DNA of 64,000 nucleotides from a virus. The stretch spans positions 1 to 64,000 of IMG/VR virus record IMGVR_UViG_3300030110_002054, one strand, 5' to 3'. The position numbers and the translations under genes are program-made. The notes beneath the pieces are model-generated. The model searched no databases. It was not told where the DNA came from and was given only the letters and a program-made list of their open reading frames with translations. Of the stretch, positions 18,930-28,397 are shown piece after piece. The first letter of the stretch is position 1, and each line of letters begins with the position of its first letter.

Positions 18930-19375
18930 ACACTATTCCTCTCTTGTTCCTTTATATCGGAAAGCCTCTCATCCGCTTTTTTGACCCATTCTACGAACGC
19001 TTCGTAGTCTCTTGGTGGTGGGTTGTCAATCACCCACTTCAGAGATAGGTAGCCTTCCTTGTCTACCAGTCTGTCCTCTAACTTGAAGTGACCTATCATA
19101 GTCATCCACTTGTTCAACTCTTCTGCCCTACTCATCTTCTCACGATAGGGTAAATCGAATCTCTCCAATACCTCGTTCAGAAAAAGAAAACTAATTTTGG
19201 TTTTACTTTGTTGTTGCTTTTTATATGAGCGAAATGAGATGGAACGCAGTACCCTGAATCCATGTATAGAAGATGCACTCTTCTGGATGCTAAAGTTGAA
19301 CTTCAAATCAGCACACAGAAAGCCTAAACCAAACCAGAAATTATCGGGATGTAATGTCATTGTATCAACTCGCAT
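18926..19375 (-). CDS. Possible degenerate LAGLIDADG-fold protein
   Basis: N-terminal FGLGFLCADLKFNFSI resembles a LAGLIDADG helix followed by a beta strand. Confidence 0.35.
   Translation of the reverse strand: MRVDTMTLHPDNFWFGLGFLCADLKFNFSIQKSASSIHGFRVLRSISFRSYKKQQQSKTKISFLFLNEVLERFDLPYREKMSRAEELNKWMTMIGHFKLEDRLVDKEGYLSLKWVIDNPPPRDYEAFVEWVKKADERLSDIKEQERNSV
18944..18966 (-). promoter_or_regulatory. Conserved viral promoter motif copy 1 (GGCTTTCCGATATAAAGGAACAA)
   Basis: 23-bp repeat with TATA-like ATATAAAG about 22 nt upstream of the rfcS ATG. Confidence 0.75.
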
Positions 19376-20774
19376 GTATGAAATCGACGTATTGAGTTAC
19401 GTCACTCATACCCAAATCGACTCTTGCTGAGACGACAAGGGCATCTGGGATTGACAGTGGGTCTTTCAATATACTGGGAACAACCGCCTCTATCGGTATG
19501 ATAACCTCGTCTGGTATGTCTTCCCAATCCTTGCTGGGGATGATAGTGCATAACCTGTCTACTATACCTCGTATAGAGTTCTTCACATCACTGACGACAT
19601 CGACTTCACCTACCACGATGAAGTCATCATAACCATCAACACACGAGAGTCTTACAGACAAGGTGTCCTGTATATTCCTAACAGAATGAAGTCTTAGAAT
19701 CATCTTGGATAGAGATGACATCATAACGTAACCGCCACTCTCCAGTGGTTTGTACTCACCTATTTCTGGGAATCTTATAGCCTCATCATCTTTGAGACTG
19801 CTAATTAGGTCAGCCATACTATCTATACGTGTTGGCTGGTGTACAACTACAGGTGTGTCTTTCGTATGCTCCTGTAATTTAACCAGTCTCTCTTCAAGAG
19901 TGAGAGTGTGGTATCTTGGGAAGATAGCATCGAACACGTGTATGTTGTTGCCATCAGTTACTGTCTCCAATATCATAGGGGTGTCTGGAAGCCACGACGA
20001 GTCAGGTGCTTGTCCGTTGGATACAATCTTACCACTCCTGTCTCTCCAGATGAAGCGAACTCCATCCTGTTCTCTAATCACATACAACATCTTAGTCGAA
20101 CCCTTGTTAGGTATTCTTTGGTATCGAGAGTTATTAAACTCAACAAGTTTGTCTATGGAATCATGTGGGTGAAAGGGTAGATACCTTCTAGGTGATAGAG
20201 CCAGATTAGGTTCTTCATACCACCTGTCTGGTATGTCTAGACCCTGAGGGTCTTGGAATATCAAATGAATAAGTTCTGTGGCATCCTTCAGAGACGCATG
20301 TCTCTTCATCACATCAGCATGGATGCCCCTGCTGATGCCTAAGTGTATCACGAACGCTCGTGATGTGATTGGTGGTTTGTTGGCTAAGACGTGACTCCAG
20401 AACAGTCTGGCTTCAATCTCATCCATCTTGTGTGCTGTGTCTAGTACCTTGACTGCATTTATGGATAGACTCTCCATCATCCTGAACGCATCCTTGACTG
20501 ACCAGCCTTGTGACGTGCTGGCGTTGCTCTCCTGTGCGAGCGTGAGTGCTAGGTCATTCTCACCCAACACATCCATGACCACATCAATGAACACACCTAC
20601 CTCTCCAGCAAAGAGTGATGCTAGACTATTCTTTGTTAGTAGTGCCTTCTGTGGATAAAGTAGTCTGTAAAAATCTTGGGCTGAGTTTTCATCATCTATC
20701 TTCGAGAGCACATCTCTCTTGTTGCTTCCTTGTCTCAGCGATTCGTATAGTCTAGAGGCCTTCTGGAAGTTCAT
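19365..20774 (-). CDS. ATP-dependent DNA ligase-like protein, apparently lacking the catalytic KxDG motif
   Basis: Ligase-like order: helical N-terminus (MNFQKASRLYE...EARLFW), RFIWRDRSGK, MILE, IHVFDAI, TLEERL, OB-like tail ending ARVDL. No KxDG. Confidence 0.55.
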   Translation of the reverse strand: MNFQKASRLYESLRQGSNKRDVLSKIDDENSAQDFYRLLYPQKALLTKNSLASLFAGEVGVFIDVVMDVLGENDLALTLAQESNASTSQGWSVKDAFRMMESLSINAVKVLDTAHKMDEIEARLFWSHVLANKPPITSRAFVIHLGISRGIHADVMKRHASLKDATELIHLIFQDPQGLDIPDRWYEEPNLALSPRRYLPFHPHDSIDKLVEFNNSRYQRIPNKGSTKMLYVIREQDGVRFIWRDRSGKIVSNGQAPDSSWLPDTPMILETVTDGNNIHVFDAIFPRYHTLTLEERLVKLQEHTKDTPVVVHQPTRIDSMADLISSLKDDEAIRFPEIGEYKPLESGGYVMMSSLSKMILRLHSVRNIQDTLSVRLSCVDGYDDFIVVGEVDVVSDVKNSIRGIVDRLCTIIPSKDWEDIPDEVIIPIEAVVPSILKDPLSIPDALVVSARVDLGMSDVTQYVDFIHAS

Positions 20775-21148
20775 CCAAGCACCTTGTCTATCAATTCTTG
20801 AAACTGACCAGACCACTCTCTGGGTCTTGGTTGAGTCCCTATTCCCAACGCTTCCTTGGTCTTGGTGGCTATCCCTCTGGATGTCACCTTAACTCCAATC
20901 TTCTTGCATACGATGTATATGCAATCAACGAACAGTGCATGTGGTGTTCTCCTGCAATCCCAGTGGGGGTGTTTCTGCACCTCTCTCTGTAATACCTCAG
21001 CGAGGACAACCACCTTCAGTGGTAGTTCAAGCGAAGAGGCAATCTTCTTCTTCGCATCCTCAACATGTGTCTCGTATGTCTGCTTGACTATCTCAGATTT
21101 ACCGATTACCTGTTCTGGTTTTCCACCCTCGTTTGCCATCTCCATCAC
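20771..21148 (-). CDS. TFB/TFIIB cyclin-repeat-like protein (single repeat)
   Basis: IASSLELP...RRTPHALFVDCIYIVCKKIGVKVTSRGIA resembles the TFIIB repeat consensus GRsp...aAalYiacr..g...t..eIa. Confidence 0.65.
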   Translation of the reverse strand: MMEMANEGGKPEQVIGKSEIVKQTYETHVEDAKKKIASSLELPLKVVVLAEVLQREVQKHPHWDCRRTPHALFVDCIYIVCKKIGVKVTSRGIATKTKEALGIGTQPRPREWSGQFQELIDKVLG

Positions 21149-21477
21149 TCCTGTTCATCATCCTCACTCCTCAGTAGGTCGCTCACCTTGTTGCCCATGG
21201 CGTAATACACATCTGACCCATCGCCATCCTTCATCACGACTCTCGCTCCGCAGTTGGTGCAATACAGTGGTATCTCAAACACATCGGATATGTTGCCTTG
21301 CACCCCACCATTCGGTGACATGTCACTCACATTACCCATGCCTAGTTGCCAACTGTGACCGACATCCATGCATTGCTCCAACTTCTGGAGAGTGTCTTTC
21401 AGGTTAGCCAGTTTCTGACCTTCCTCTATCATCTTCCTTGCCTGTTCCTCAATCTGCTTTATCTTGTCCTCAATCAT
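21145..21477 (-). CDS. Coiled-coil plus Zn-ribbon hypothetical protein
   Basis: N-terminal coiled coil and C...GH.W...CTNCG. Confidence 0.55.
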   Translation of the reverse strand: MIEDKIKQIEEQARKMIEEGQKLANLKDTLQKLEQCMDVGHSWQLGMGNVSDMSPNGGVQGNISDVFEIPLYCTNCGARVVMKDGDGSDVYYAMGNKVSDLLRSEDDEQE

Positions 21478-21686
21478 TCCTCTTCCCTCCATATTTGATT
21501 CTGAAAGAGAATAGCGTCTTCTGCTTTCATAGGCTTGGATGTGAATATCGTCCCATTAGACATGTGAATGTCCAGTATGGTATGCTTCTTCAGATACTTC
21601 GACTCTACCGTGTGTGTCACTGCTGACACATCGGACAGTCTAATACTCGTATTACCCGATGTGGTTTCTAGAGTTATGTGATTCAT
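21474..21686 (-). CDS. Hypothetical protein
   Basis: ORF track entry, coupled in the operon. Confidence 0.55.
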   Translation of the reverse strand: MNHITLETTSGNTSIRLSDVSAVTHTVESKYLKKHTILDIHMSNGTIFTSKPMKAEDAILFQNQIWREEE

Positions 21687-21816
21687 TCTTCATCCTCCAA
21701 CAACATCTCAGCCACAGAAAAGGCCGTCAGTATTTTCAGATGTGCTTCCAACAACTGTATGATTCGGTCGAGTCTTCTCTCGACTGCTGTCTCGTGTCTG
21801 TCGAACTTACCACCTC

Positions 21817-22101
21817 TCATTCTTCAGCAACTCCTACCTTGTGTGGGTGATGGTTGGTGACTACGTAGGATAGTATGTCGATGATGGCCTTCATCTCTGC
21901 TATGTCCACGTCATCATCATAACACTCTTCGGGATTGAGTCTGCTCGTTCCACCTTCGTCTATCCAATAGTGGTCAGCATCCTCGTCGGGGTACTGGGTG
22001 TACTTCTCGATGTACTCCTCGTAGAACTCCTCATCATGCTCTGCTATCGCCCTGATTATGGTCTGACCTATTTTCAGTCTGCTTTGTTCTTCACTTAACA
22101 T
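21817..22101 (-). CDS. Acidic hypothetical protein
   Basis: ORF track entry, operon packing. Confidence 0.55.
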   Translation of the reverse strand: MLSEEQSRLKIGQTIIRAIAEHDEEFYEEYIEKYTQYPDEDADHYWIDEGGTSRLNPEECYDDDVDIAEMKAIIDILSYVVTNHHPHKVGVAEE

Positions 22102-22406
22102 TCAGACCACCCGTCCTCATCTATACCATCGTCGCTCCAGTCCACTCCTCTCAGGAGTTCTAGGATTCTGCTGTAGGGTACTTTCAGGTAGTTGGTTCTA
22201 CCACAGTCATCACACTCTACCTCGATGCATGCTATTGGCTCATCCAACTTCTTGCCGTTCTTCCAACTCTCGACATCCACGATGCCCTCGTCTGTAATAG
22301 TCCAATTCTCATGCTCGCAGTTCCAGTACCTCTCTTCCTGTCTAGCCTCCCATGCGGCATCTGCTAGGTATTCGTCTCTCTCGTCTTGTTCTCTTTCACT
22401 CATCAT
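22095..22406 (-). CDS. Acidic Zn-binding hypothetical protein
   Basis: CEH...CDDCG. Directly downstream of promoter motif copy 2. Confidence 0.6.
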   Translation of the reverse strand: MMSEREQDERDEYLADAAWEARQEERYWNCEHENWTITDEGIVDVESWKNGKKLDEPIACIEVECDDCGRTNYLKVPYSRILELLRGVDWSDDGIDEDGWSEC

Positions 22407-22705
22407 ACTGATTTCACACCTCTCCTATGTTGTTCCTTTATATCGGAAAGCCTATAATCGGCTAAAAACAGACCATTTCCTCTAGTCGTTATTTCCTCTA
22501 TTTCATGCTCCTCTACAGGCTCTGCTTTCGGTTTGCTCTTGCTGGCCTTCCTGACATATGGAGTGAGTGTGTTTCGCCTGTATTGCTCTCTCCACATCAC
22601 CTGTATGCAATCATCACACAACCTACCATCCTTCGCTACTTTCTTGCTAGGCTCTTTGTAGTCAGCACCACAAAGTGTCTCGTCTAATATACGGAAGTGA
22701 ATCAT
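22403..22705 (-). CDS. Hypothetical protein (H...LCG...CDDC)
   Basis: ORF track entry, coupled in the operon. Confidence 0.55.
   Translation of the reverse strand: MIHFRILDETLCGADYKEPSKKVAKDGRLCDDCIQVMWREQYRRNTLTPYVRKASKSKPKAEPVEEHEIEEITTRGNGLFLADYRLSDIKEQHRRGVKSV
22430..22452 (-). promoter_or_regulatory. Conserved viral promoter motif copy 2
   Basis: Identical 23-mer (TTGTTCCTTTATATCGGAAAGCC on +). Confidence 0.75.
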
Positions 22706-22941
22706 TTCTCCTTCTCCTTGAAGTCAGGATGTTCTGGCTTCAACCTATGTCGTCTTCTATCCTTCATGTTCTCAAGCAACAGGAGCACGTTCTTCGCGGC
22801 CGAGTCCCAACGCTTGCCTGTCACCTTGTCATCTACCATCAAATCCCGTAGGGACTCAAGGTCTACACTCTCAATTAGTTCATTCAATATCTCAAACTCA
22901 ACATGAGATACACTCGTTGCTCTTCCTTCTTTCACTTTCAT
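22702..22941 (-). CDS. Hypothetical protein
   Basis: ORF with AGGAG upstream. Confidence 0.6.
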   Translation of the reverse strand: MKVKEGRATSVSHVEFEILNELIESVDLESLRDLMVDDKVTGKRWDSAAKNVLLLLENMKDRRRHRLKPEHPDFKEKEK

Positions 22942-23032
22942 CTCTCCTTTTCATTTTGCTGTTGCCTTATAACTGTAGTTTGCGTAGTTCATATACCCTC
23001 AGTTTTTTTCACTTTCAGTTTAACAGGATAAC

Positions 23033-23317
23033 CTAAGCCACATTTTTTTCGGGCTGTCTTTCCTTCTGTTCCTGCTCATCATCATACTCGCTGATGAAGT
23101 CAACAAGTCTGGGTATGAGTTCCCTCACCTGCTCTGCTGTCAGTCTGACTCCGTGTCGTGTGTGTTGGTTCTTTCCATCTTGTACATTCATGATTCTGAA
23201 GTCCAACCAAACCTTGTCGTAATAGTCAACTCGCCTAACGGCAACGTCTCCCTTGCCATCCTTCCACTTGCCTTCCATGCTCACTGAACGCCAGACGTGC
23301 TCTTCGCCCATCTTCAC
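23033..23317 (-). CDS. PC4/YdbC-like ssDNA-binding protein
   Basis: V....YYDKVWLDFR......HTRHGVRLT.EQ..EL matches the PC4 fold signature. Confidence 0.75.
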   Translation of the reverse strand: MKMGEEHVWRSVSMEGKWKDGKGDVAVRRVDYYDKVWLDFRIMNVQDGKNQHTRHGVRLTAEQVRELIPRLVDFISEYDDEQEQKERQPEKNVA

Positions 23318-24036
23318 TCCTCCTCGTCAGCGAGACCCCATCTCTCAACACTCATGCAATACGTACCCCACATCCATGAGGGAACACGCTCACCTGTGTC
23401 TGGGTCTTTGCTTCCAAGCACTACTCCTAACTCAGGGTTCTCGGCATCAGCCATCTCGACCATCTGCTTCCTCGTCATGCATTGTCTTAGAGTCCCTTCG
23501 GTGTTTACGAATCTCATGAACAGGTAATCACCAGCAAGAAGATGGAAATCATCTGGGTCTATCTTAGTGACATGCCCACACGAGCATGGTAGGTCATAAG
23601 CCCACACCTCAACCTCGTGTGTGTTGCCATCCTCAAGTAGAATCTCCTGCTCTCCCTCGAAACTAGGGCGAGCCGTCTCCAATTCCAGTTCGGCTAGTTT
23701 GTGTCCACATTCAACACACGCCCAAGACTTCGCTATCTCCATCCTGTGTGCTGTCTCCTGTGCGTAGGCCTCCTCGGATGACGCAGGTGGGTCGTATTCC
23801 ACCTCATCACCCATGACCATGTTTATTCCAACACTCATCATGATTGTTGCAAACCTCATGTGGTTCTCCTGAACTGTAGGATGATTCATCATACGAATCA
23901 CTTTCCAACTGTCGTCAGTTACCTTCTGGTATGTCAGCCCCGTTCCCTCTGGACTCCACACACCACCGATACCCATGTTATCGAAGTGTTCTTTCGCCCA
24001 CGTCTTCATTTCTTCATTTATCTCAAACTCGCTCAT
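23314..24036 (-). CDS. Hypothetical protein with Zn-ribbon motifs
   Basis: CVECG and CSCG. ORF track entry. Confidence 0.65.
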   Translation of the reverse strand: MSEFEINEEMKTWAKEHFDNMGIGGVWSPEGTGLTYQKVTDDSWKVIRMMNHPTVQENHMRFATIMMSVGINMVMGDEVEYDPPASSEEAYAQETAHRMEIAKSWACVECGHKLAELELETARPSFEGEQEILLEDGNTHEVEVWAYDLPCSCGHVTKIDPDDFHLLAGDYLFMRFVNTEGTLRQCMTRKQMVEMADAENPELGVVLGSKDPDTGERVPSWMWGTYCMSVERWGLADEEE

Positions 24037-24337
24037 CTATTGCATCTCCTGTGTTTTCCTGTTCCACCAACTGCTCGCATTCCCAACAAGGGAATAGACT
24101 GTGCGTGTCGGTAATCACAACCACACTCCCGTCTTGTATATCACTTTTACACAAAGGACAGCATGCTAAAACCTGTTTGGCAGGCATGGCCGCGAGTACT
24201 TCGCGTTCCTCACCTTTGTATGTGATATACATCACTTCTTCGCACAGTTCGGCTATTTCTCCCATGCTATTCACAAACTTCCCATAGGGAAGAAATGACT
24301 TCGTAGTCAGAGTGTATTCAACGTACTTCTCAGACAT
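24023..24337 (-). CDS. Hypothetical Zn-binding protein
   Basis: CCPLC...CWEC. Confidence 0.55.
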   Translation of the reverse strand: MSEKYVEYTLTTKSFLPYGKFVNSMGEIAELCEEVMYITYKGEEREVLAAMPAKQVLACCPLCKSDIQDGSVVVITDTHSLFPCWECEQLVEQENTGDAIDERV

Positions 24338-24459
24338 TGTGCATCACATCCATGTGTTTTGGTGGTGACGGTAGGGATGTATAAAACACAAACGAACTTC
24401 CGATGACTGCTTTTTGTAGCCCCCGCCACCACGAGACTACAGCAATCAAGGAATGTAAA

Positions 24460-25038
24460 TTAGAATAGGTAAACATCGTCACCACCCTGTGGTATGTCTG
24501 TGTCAATAAGGTCTTCCACAACATGCCCGCCCATCATATCTGAGAGTGTCTTTACCCACTCATCTTTATCGAAGTACGGTATGTCTGGGCATTTCTTGTC
24601 TGCGAAAACCTTCGCATCATCCAACTCCCAGAATCCCTTCTTGACACCATCGAATGCTATACCAATCAGAATCCTCTGATTGTTTTCTATGCTCTCTTTA
24701 TCCACCTTACAATACAACTTCTTGACCATAGGGTCAGAGTTCAGATTGTAGGCAAGGCCACGTGCAAATGACAGGGGTATATTCTCCCTCTCACTCACGT
24801 TGCTGTAGAGAATCTCCCAACCTATGTCATCCATAGTATCGACTTGACTCAACATGGCTGAGTCCATGACATACATGGAATGCATGTGAGCAGTGTCATG
24901 TGCCTCATTGTGTATACGTTCCTTGGCTTTGTTCCTCATCTTAGTGTAGGACATAGCCTCTTCGGGTATTGGTGTGTCGTTCACCTTTTCTGCAACACCA
25001 TAGAGTATGTCGTATATGTTCTGTGTTGTAATACTCAT
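24460..25038 (-). CDS. Hypothetical protein
   Basis: 192-aa ORF, co-oriented with neighbours. Confidence 0.65.
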   Translation of the reverse strand: MSITTQNIYDILYGVAEKVNDTPIPEEAMSYTKMRNKAKERIHNEAHDTAHMHSMYVMDSAMLSQVDTMDDIGWEILYSNVSERENIPLSFARGLAYNLNSDPMVKKLYCKVDKESIENNQRILIGIAFDGVKKGFWELDDAKVFADKKCPDIPYFDKDEWVKTLSDMMGGHVVEDLIDTDIPQGGDDVYLF

Positions 25039-25174
25039 TCTTCTCGCTCCTCCTGTGCTTTCATCAGACTCAAAACGTACTCAAGTGCCTCAATCCAACC
25101 CCCTCTATTACCAACATCGCCGTAATACTCTTGGAATCCCTTGAGTATGTTCAGTTTTGCTTGTATCTCGTTTC

Positions 25175-25807
25175 TCATTCGATGTATGCCCCCATCACTT
25201 CTACCTCTTGTGTTGCAATACTCTCCCCTATGAGTTCAGGGTTAAGAATTGCATTGGTCACAGGCACGGCTTCAACACGTATCTGTTGCCTACCGGACAT
25301 CTTGGTCATGGTCATGTCATTGATTTGTGCTGACACCTCATCTACGAGTTTGGCATGCTTCGCATACTTGTCCTTCCAGTGCTTGGCCAAGTCCTTGTCA
25401 GTGCTGATGGACATCTCAAGTCCTTCCTTGAGTGCCTCGGCAATACGTGTGTAGGCCGCTTTGCCCAACACACCTACCTCATCCGAACCCTCAGGCACTA
25501 GCATACCCACAATCATGTCCAACAGGATGTTCCTCTGTAGGGTGAGAGGCACTTTCATCGGTATCCTCTGCTCCCATCCGGCTTCCTTCCTGTATCCGTG
25601 CCCATGTGTCCTGCCTCCTGTGTGTGGCTCTGTCTGTATCATGACGGTCGAACCCGTCATCATATCCATGACCATTATCTCAGGGTCACTGAAGTACTCC
25701 TCACTATCATCATGGCGAGCCTTCTCCGCTTTCGTTATTATCGCTCCCAGTGATGCGAGTGCTTTACCCACACCATCTGTCCATTTCATCTGTTCTGCTT
25801 GTTTCAT
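25175..25807 (-). CDS. Hypothetical protein (start MKQAEQ)
   Basis: ATG about 22 nt downstream of the TATA of promoter motif copy 3. Confidence 0.65.
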   Translation of the reverse strand: MKQAEQMKWTDGVGKALASLGAIITKAEKARHDDSEEYFSDPEIMVMDMMTGSTVMIQTEPHTGGRTHGHGYRKEAGWEQRIPMKVPLTLQRNILLDMIVGMLVPEGSDEVGVLGKAAYTRIAEALKEGLEMSISTDKDLAKHWKDKYAKHAKLVDEVSAQINDMTMTKMSGRQQIRVEAVPVTNAILNPELIGESIATQEVEVMGAYIE

Positions 25808-25821
25808 ACATCTCTCCTCTC

Positions 25822-25844
25822 TTGTTCCTTTATATCGGAAAGCC
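25822..25844 (-). promoter_or_regulatory. Conserved viral promoter motif copy 3
   Basis: Identical 23-mer, in an intergenic position. Confidence 0.75.
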
Positions 25845-25915
25845 CACAACTATCGCACTTTCCCCTTCGGTCGTGCCCCCAATGCACCTTAGCCCCACAC
25901 CATCTGCATGCAAGC

Positions 25916-26293
25916 CTATTCCTCACCTTGCATCATCTCCTTCATCTTCTCGTTGTAGAAGGGGTTGTCTACAACCTTGATATCATCAAACACAATCTGC
26001 CTGAAGTTCACGGTCTGACCATAGACATACGACGCACCCTCGTCGGGAACGCCTAGCATCTCGGTCATCTTAGGCGAGTGGTCTACACCCAGACTCATGT
26101 CATCAGGGTTAGCCGTGAATGGAATCAGGACAACCTTTTCTGCATCTCGTCTGGTAAAGCAAATCCACCTCGCACTTGCCTCTAGGTTAGTCGAGCAGTA
26201 CACCTCACCGAAGCGTGGCTGTATGCCGTTGCCTAGTATGCTTGTCAGGTTCTCATACGGACTGGCGTGCCAGTACACCTGTGTCTTACTCAC
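25916..26293 (-). CDS. ADP-ribosyltransferase-fold (Tpt1/PARP-like) protein
   Basis: YWHAS..ENL.SIL..GI.P...EVYCS pattern of H-x-[ST]...Y-x-S ART domains. Confidence 0.55.
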   Translation of the reverse strand: MSKTQVYWHASPYENLTSILGNGIQPRFGEVYCSTNLEASARWICFTRRDAEKVVLIPFTANPDDMSLGVDHSPKMTEMLGVPDEGASYVYGQTVNFRQIVFDDIKVVDNPFYNEKMKEMMQGEE

Positions 26294-26796
26294 GCTGTCA
26301 CCTCCACGCCTCGCCACCAGTCAGGAGCAGGTGTTCCCTTCTCCCACTTGGCGAATGTCTTGGAATGGTAGTAGGTACGGTAGGCCTTGACTGCATCCTC
26401 GTGTTTGAACTCGTCAGGCATGGCCTGAGCGAATGGGGTAAGTTCCCCTTCAGGTAAGTCTAGTTCCATATTGTACATGTGGATGATGGGTATGGTGCAT
26501 GCGTGTTCCTTACCGAACCTCTTCCAATACTCACTGAGCAACCTGTACGCATGGTCTGCTAACCAGTCGAAGTTATCCTGAGTCTCTCCCGCCCAGACTG
26601 TGCATGGATGATGCTGATAACCACCCTTGTATGGTGTGCCACTCTTGGTCAGTGGCATGTCCTCGTCTGTTGCACCATGTCTACGCAAGGCTGATGCCAT
26701 CATCTGTGCTGACTCCACCACCATCTTCGGGATGTGCTTGTCGCACATCATACGGGCTGAGGCATAAGGGTCTTTATCCAACACGAATATGTTCAT
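26290..26796 (-). CDS. Pyrimidine-dimer DNA glycosylase family (T4 endonuclease V-like) protein
   Basis: MNIFVLD.DP..SA...CDKH..KM..ESAQM, HPCTVW, EY..RFGK.H, QAMP and AYR.YY. Confidence 0.85.
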   Translation of the reverse strand: MNIFVLDKDPYASARMMCDKHIPKMVVESAQMMASALRRHGATDEDMPLTKSGTPYKGGYQHHPCTVWAGETQDNFDWLADHAYRLLSEYWKRFGKEHACTIPIIHMYNMELDLPEGELTPFAQAMPDEFKHEDAVKAYRTYYHSKTFAKWEKGTPAPDWWRGVEVTA

Positions 26797-26962
26797 GCTG
26801 TCACCTCGTCTATGGCCTCAGAGATGTCCATGTCTTCACGCATGTATGTTTGGATAGTCGCTTTCAGGTTTAGGTTTTCTAGAACCCTCCACATGTTGTC
26901 CAGTTCCTCTTCGAGTTCCTTGACTCGCCTCTTGGATATGGCTAAGGCTATGTGTGTTCCAC

Positions 26963-27226
26963 TCATTCTTTCTTGCCTCCATTAACAAGAGCATCGTAAT
27001 CAATATAGTGCATTCTTACAGCAAGTTCACCCTTCCAATTCTCAACTTCGTATTCTAAGTCCTTGACTTGCTCACGCAACCGCTCGACTTCTGCTAGGAG
27101 AAGTGGTGCGTCTGCTATGAGTTGTTCGTCTGCATCTCTAAGGTATCTCGCAGTAGCCCAATTCGCATACTTACTCCAAGTTTCTTTATCTTCTGTGTGT
27201 CCTTCGTATTTGTCTGTATCAATCAT
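26963..27226 (-). CDS. Hypothetical phage protein
   Basis: D..LIADAPLLLAEVERLR motif common in marine phages. Confidence 0.6.
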   Translation of the reverse strand: MIDTDKYEGHTEDKETWSKYANWATARYLRDADEQLIADAPLLLAEVERLREQVKDLEYEVENWKGELAVRMHYIDYDALVNGGKKE

Positions 27227-27588
27227 TCTTCCTCACCTTCCATGTCGTCAGCGAACTTCCAAACCCTACACATGATATCCAAGTCACGCATCTCGGCTTG
27301 CCTAAACTGCTCTCTGGTGATGTAGTTGTGGTAGTCACTTCCAGACCATTCGCCTCTTGAGTCCTCTTCCAGTTGCCGTAGAACGTCGATGGCACATACC
27401 TCAACCTCTTCACCATTCTCGTCAGTCTCTTCGTACCATGTGTCGTGTTCCAACGAGTGTATCTCTTGGTCAAGCGTATCTCTCCACCCTTCTATCATCT
27501 GCTCGTGGTATTGGATACATGCCTCAGCGATTACCACATCTCTGAACTCCTGCCATCTCTCTATGAGAGCCTTGGTCTGTACACTCAC
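27223..27588 (-). CDS. Acidic hypothetical protein
   Basis: ORF track entry. GTG start overlaps the upstream stop. Confidence 0.55.
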   Translation of the reverse strand: MSVQTKALIERWQEFRDVVIAEACIQYHEQMIEGWRDTLDQEIHSLEHDTWYEETDENGEEVEVCAIDVLRQLEEDSRGEWSGSDYHNYITREQFRQAEMRDLDIMCRVWKFADDMEGEEE

Positions 27589-27770
27589 TCTACCACCCAC
27601 TTGTCGGCTTCAATCACGTGCCAGACTTCTGTCTCTATCTCCTCGGCACTGTCGGTATCGCAGTAGTATGTCGCATCGCACGTTGCTTCCTCGAACGCCT
27701 TCTCCTCATCCTCGGCCTCTATGTGGAACACGTGGTACTCAATCACTCTCTTCGTCACCCTGTACTTCAT
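27585..27770 (-). CDS. Small hypothetical protein (IEAEDEEKAFE motif)
   Basis: V/I-E-A-x-x-E-E-A-type small phage protein. Coupled in the operon. Confidence 0.6.
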   Translation of the reverse strand: MKYRVTKRVIEYHVFHIEAEDEEKAFEEATCDATYYCDTDSAEEIETEVWHVIEADKWVVE

Positions 27771-28210
27771 TCGTCATCACTCCCGAACAGTTGCACATCG
27801 TATGTTCCATCGGCATCGACTGTGGTCAATGATGCGAAGGGAGCATCGAACATGCTCATCTGCATGACCCTCTCACGGATGTGTGTTGGGCAGTCTGTAT
27901 TAGCACCCTCATCATCATGGCCTAGCAACAGGAAGTCTCCGTGCATTGACAACACGTTCCCAAGGGGCATGTTGCACACCTCCGCGATGAACTCACGAGC
28001 GATGGGGTTGAGGGGTAGGCCTAGTAGCCTACCTTCCTCGTTCCCTATCAAGTCCCATGTCTGCTTGACACCGTTGAGGGTGATGTCATCACCCCCAGTC
28101 AATGCGTATTCGATGAGTCCACCTACGGCTGACTGCATGTCGCTTAGGCCGTCTATGGAAATCGGTTCGACTTTCCCGTTGGTGCGAATCAACACTCCTA
28201 CGTTACTCAT
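27767..28210 (-). CDS. DUF3846-like protein
   Basis: L..MQ.AVGG.IE...NEEG.L.GLP.N.IA...GD motif. Confidence 0.75.
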   Translation of the reverse strand: MSNVGVLIRTNGKVEPISIDGLSDMQSAVGGLIEYALTGGDDITLNGVKQTWDLIGNEEGRLLGLPLNPIAREFIAEVCNMPLGNVLSMHGDFLLLGHDDEGANTDCPTHIRERVMQMSMFDAPFASLTTVDADGTYDVQLFGSDDE

Positions 28211-28397
28211 TCAACCACCACCTCGTTACCTACTTCTTGTCCACAAGCGGAACAGAAGGGCATACCCTCTGTTGCACCTATGTGTCCATGAGTTCCAAAG
28301 CCTGCATTGCACCACTCCTTACCCTTGTGTGTATCAAACACAGGAGAGCACCGCATGCCGTCAGGCTTGTACTGGTATCTCGCTACCTTGAACGTGT

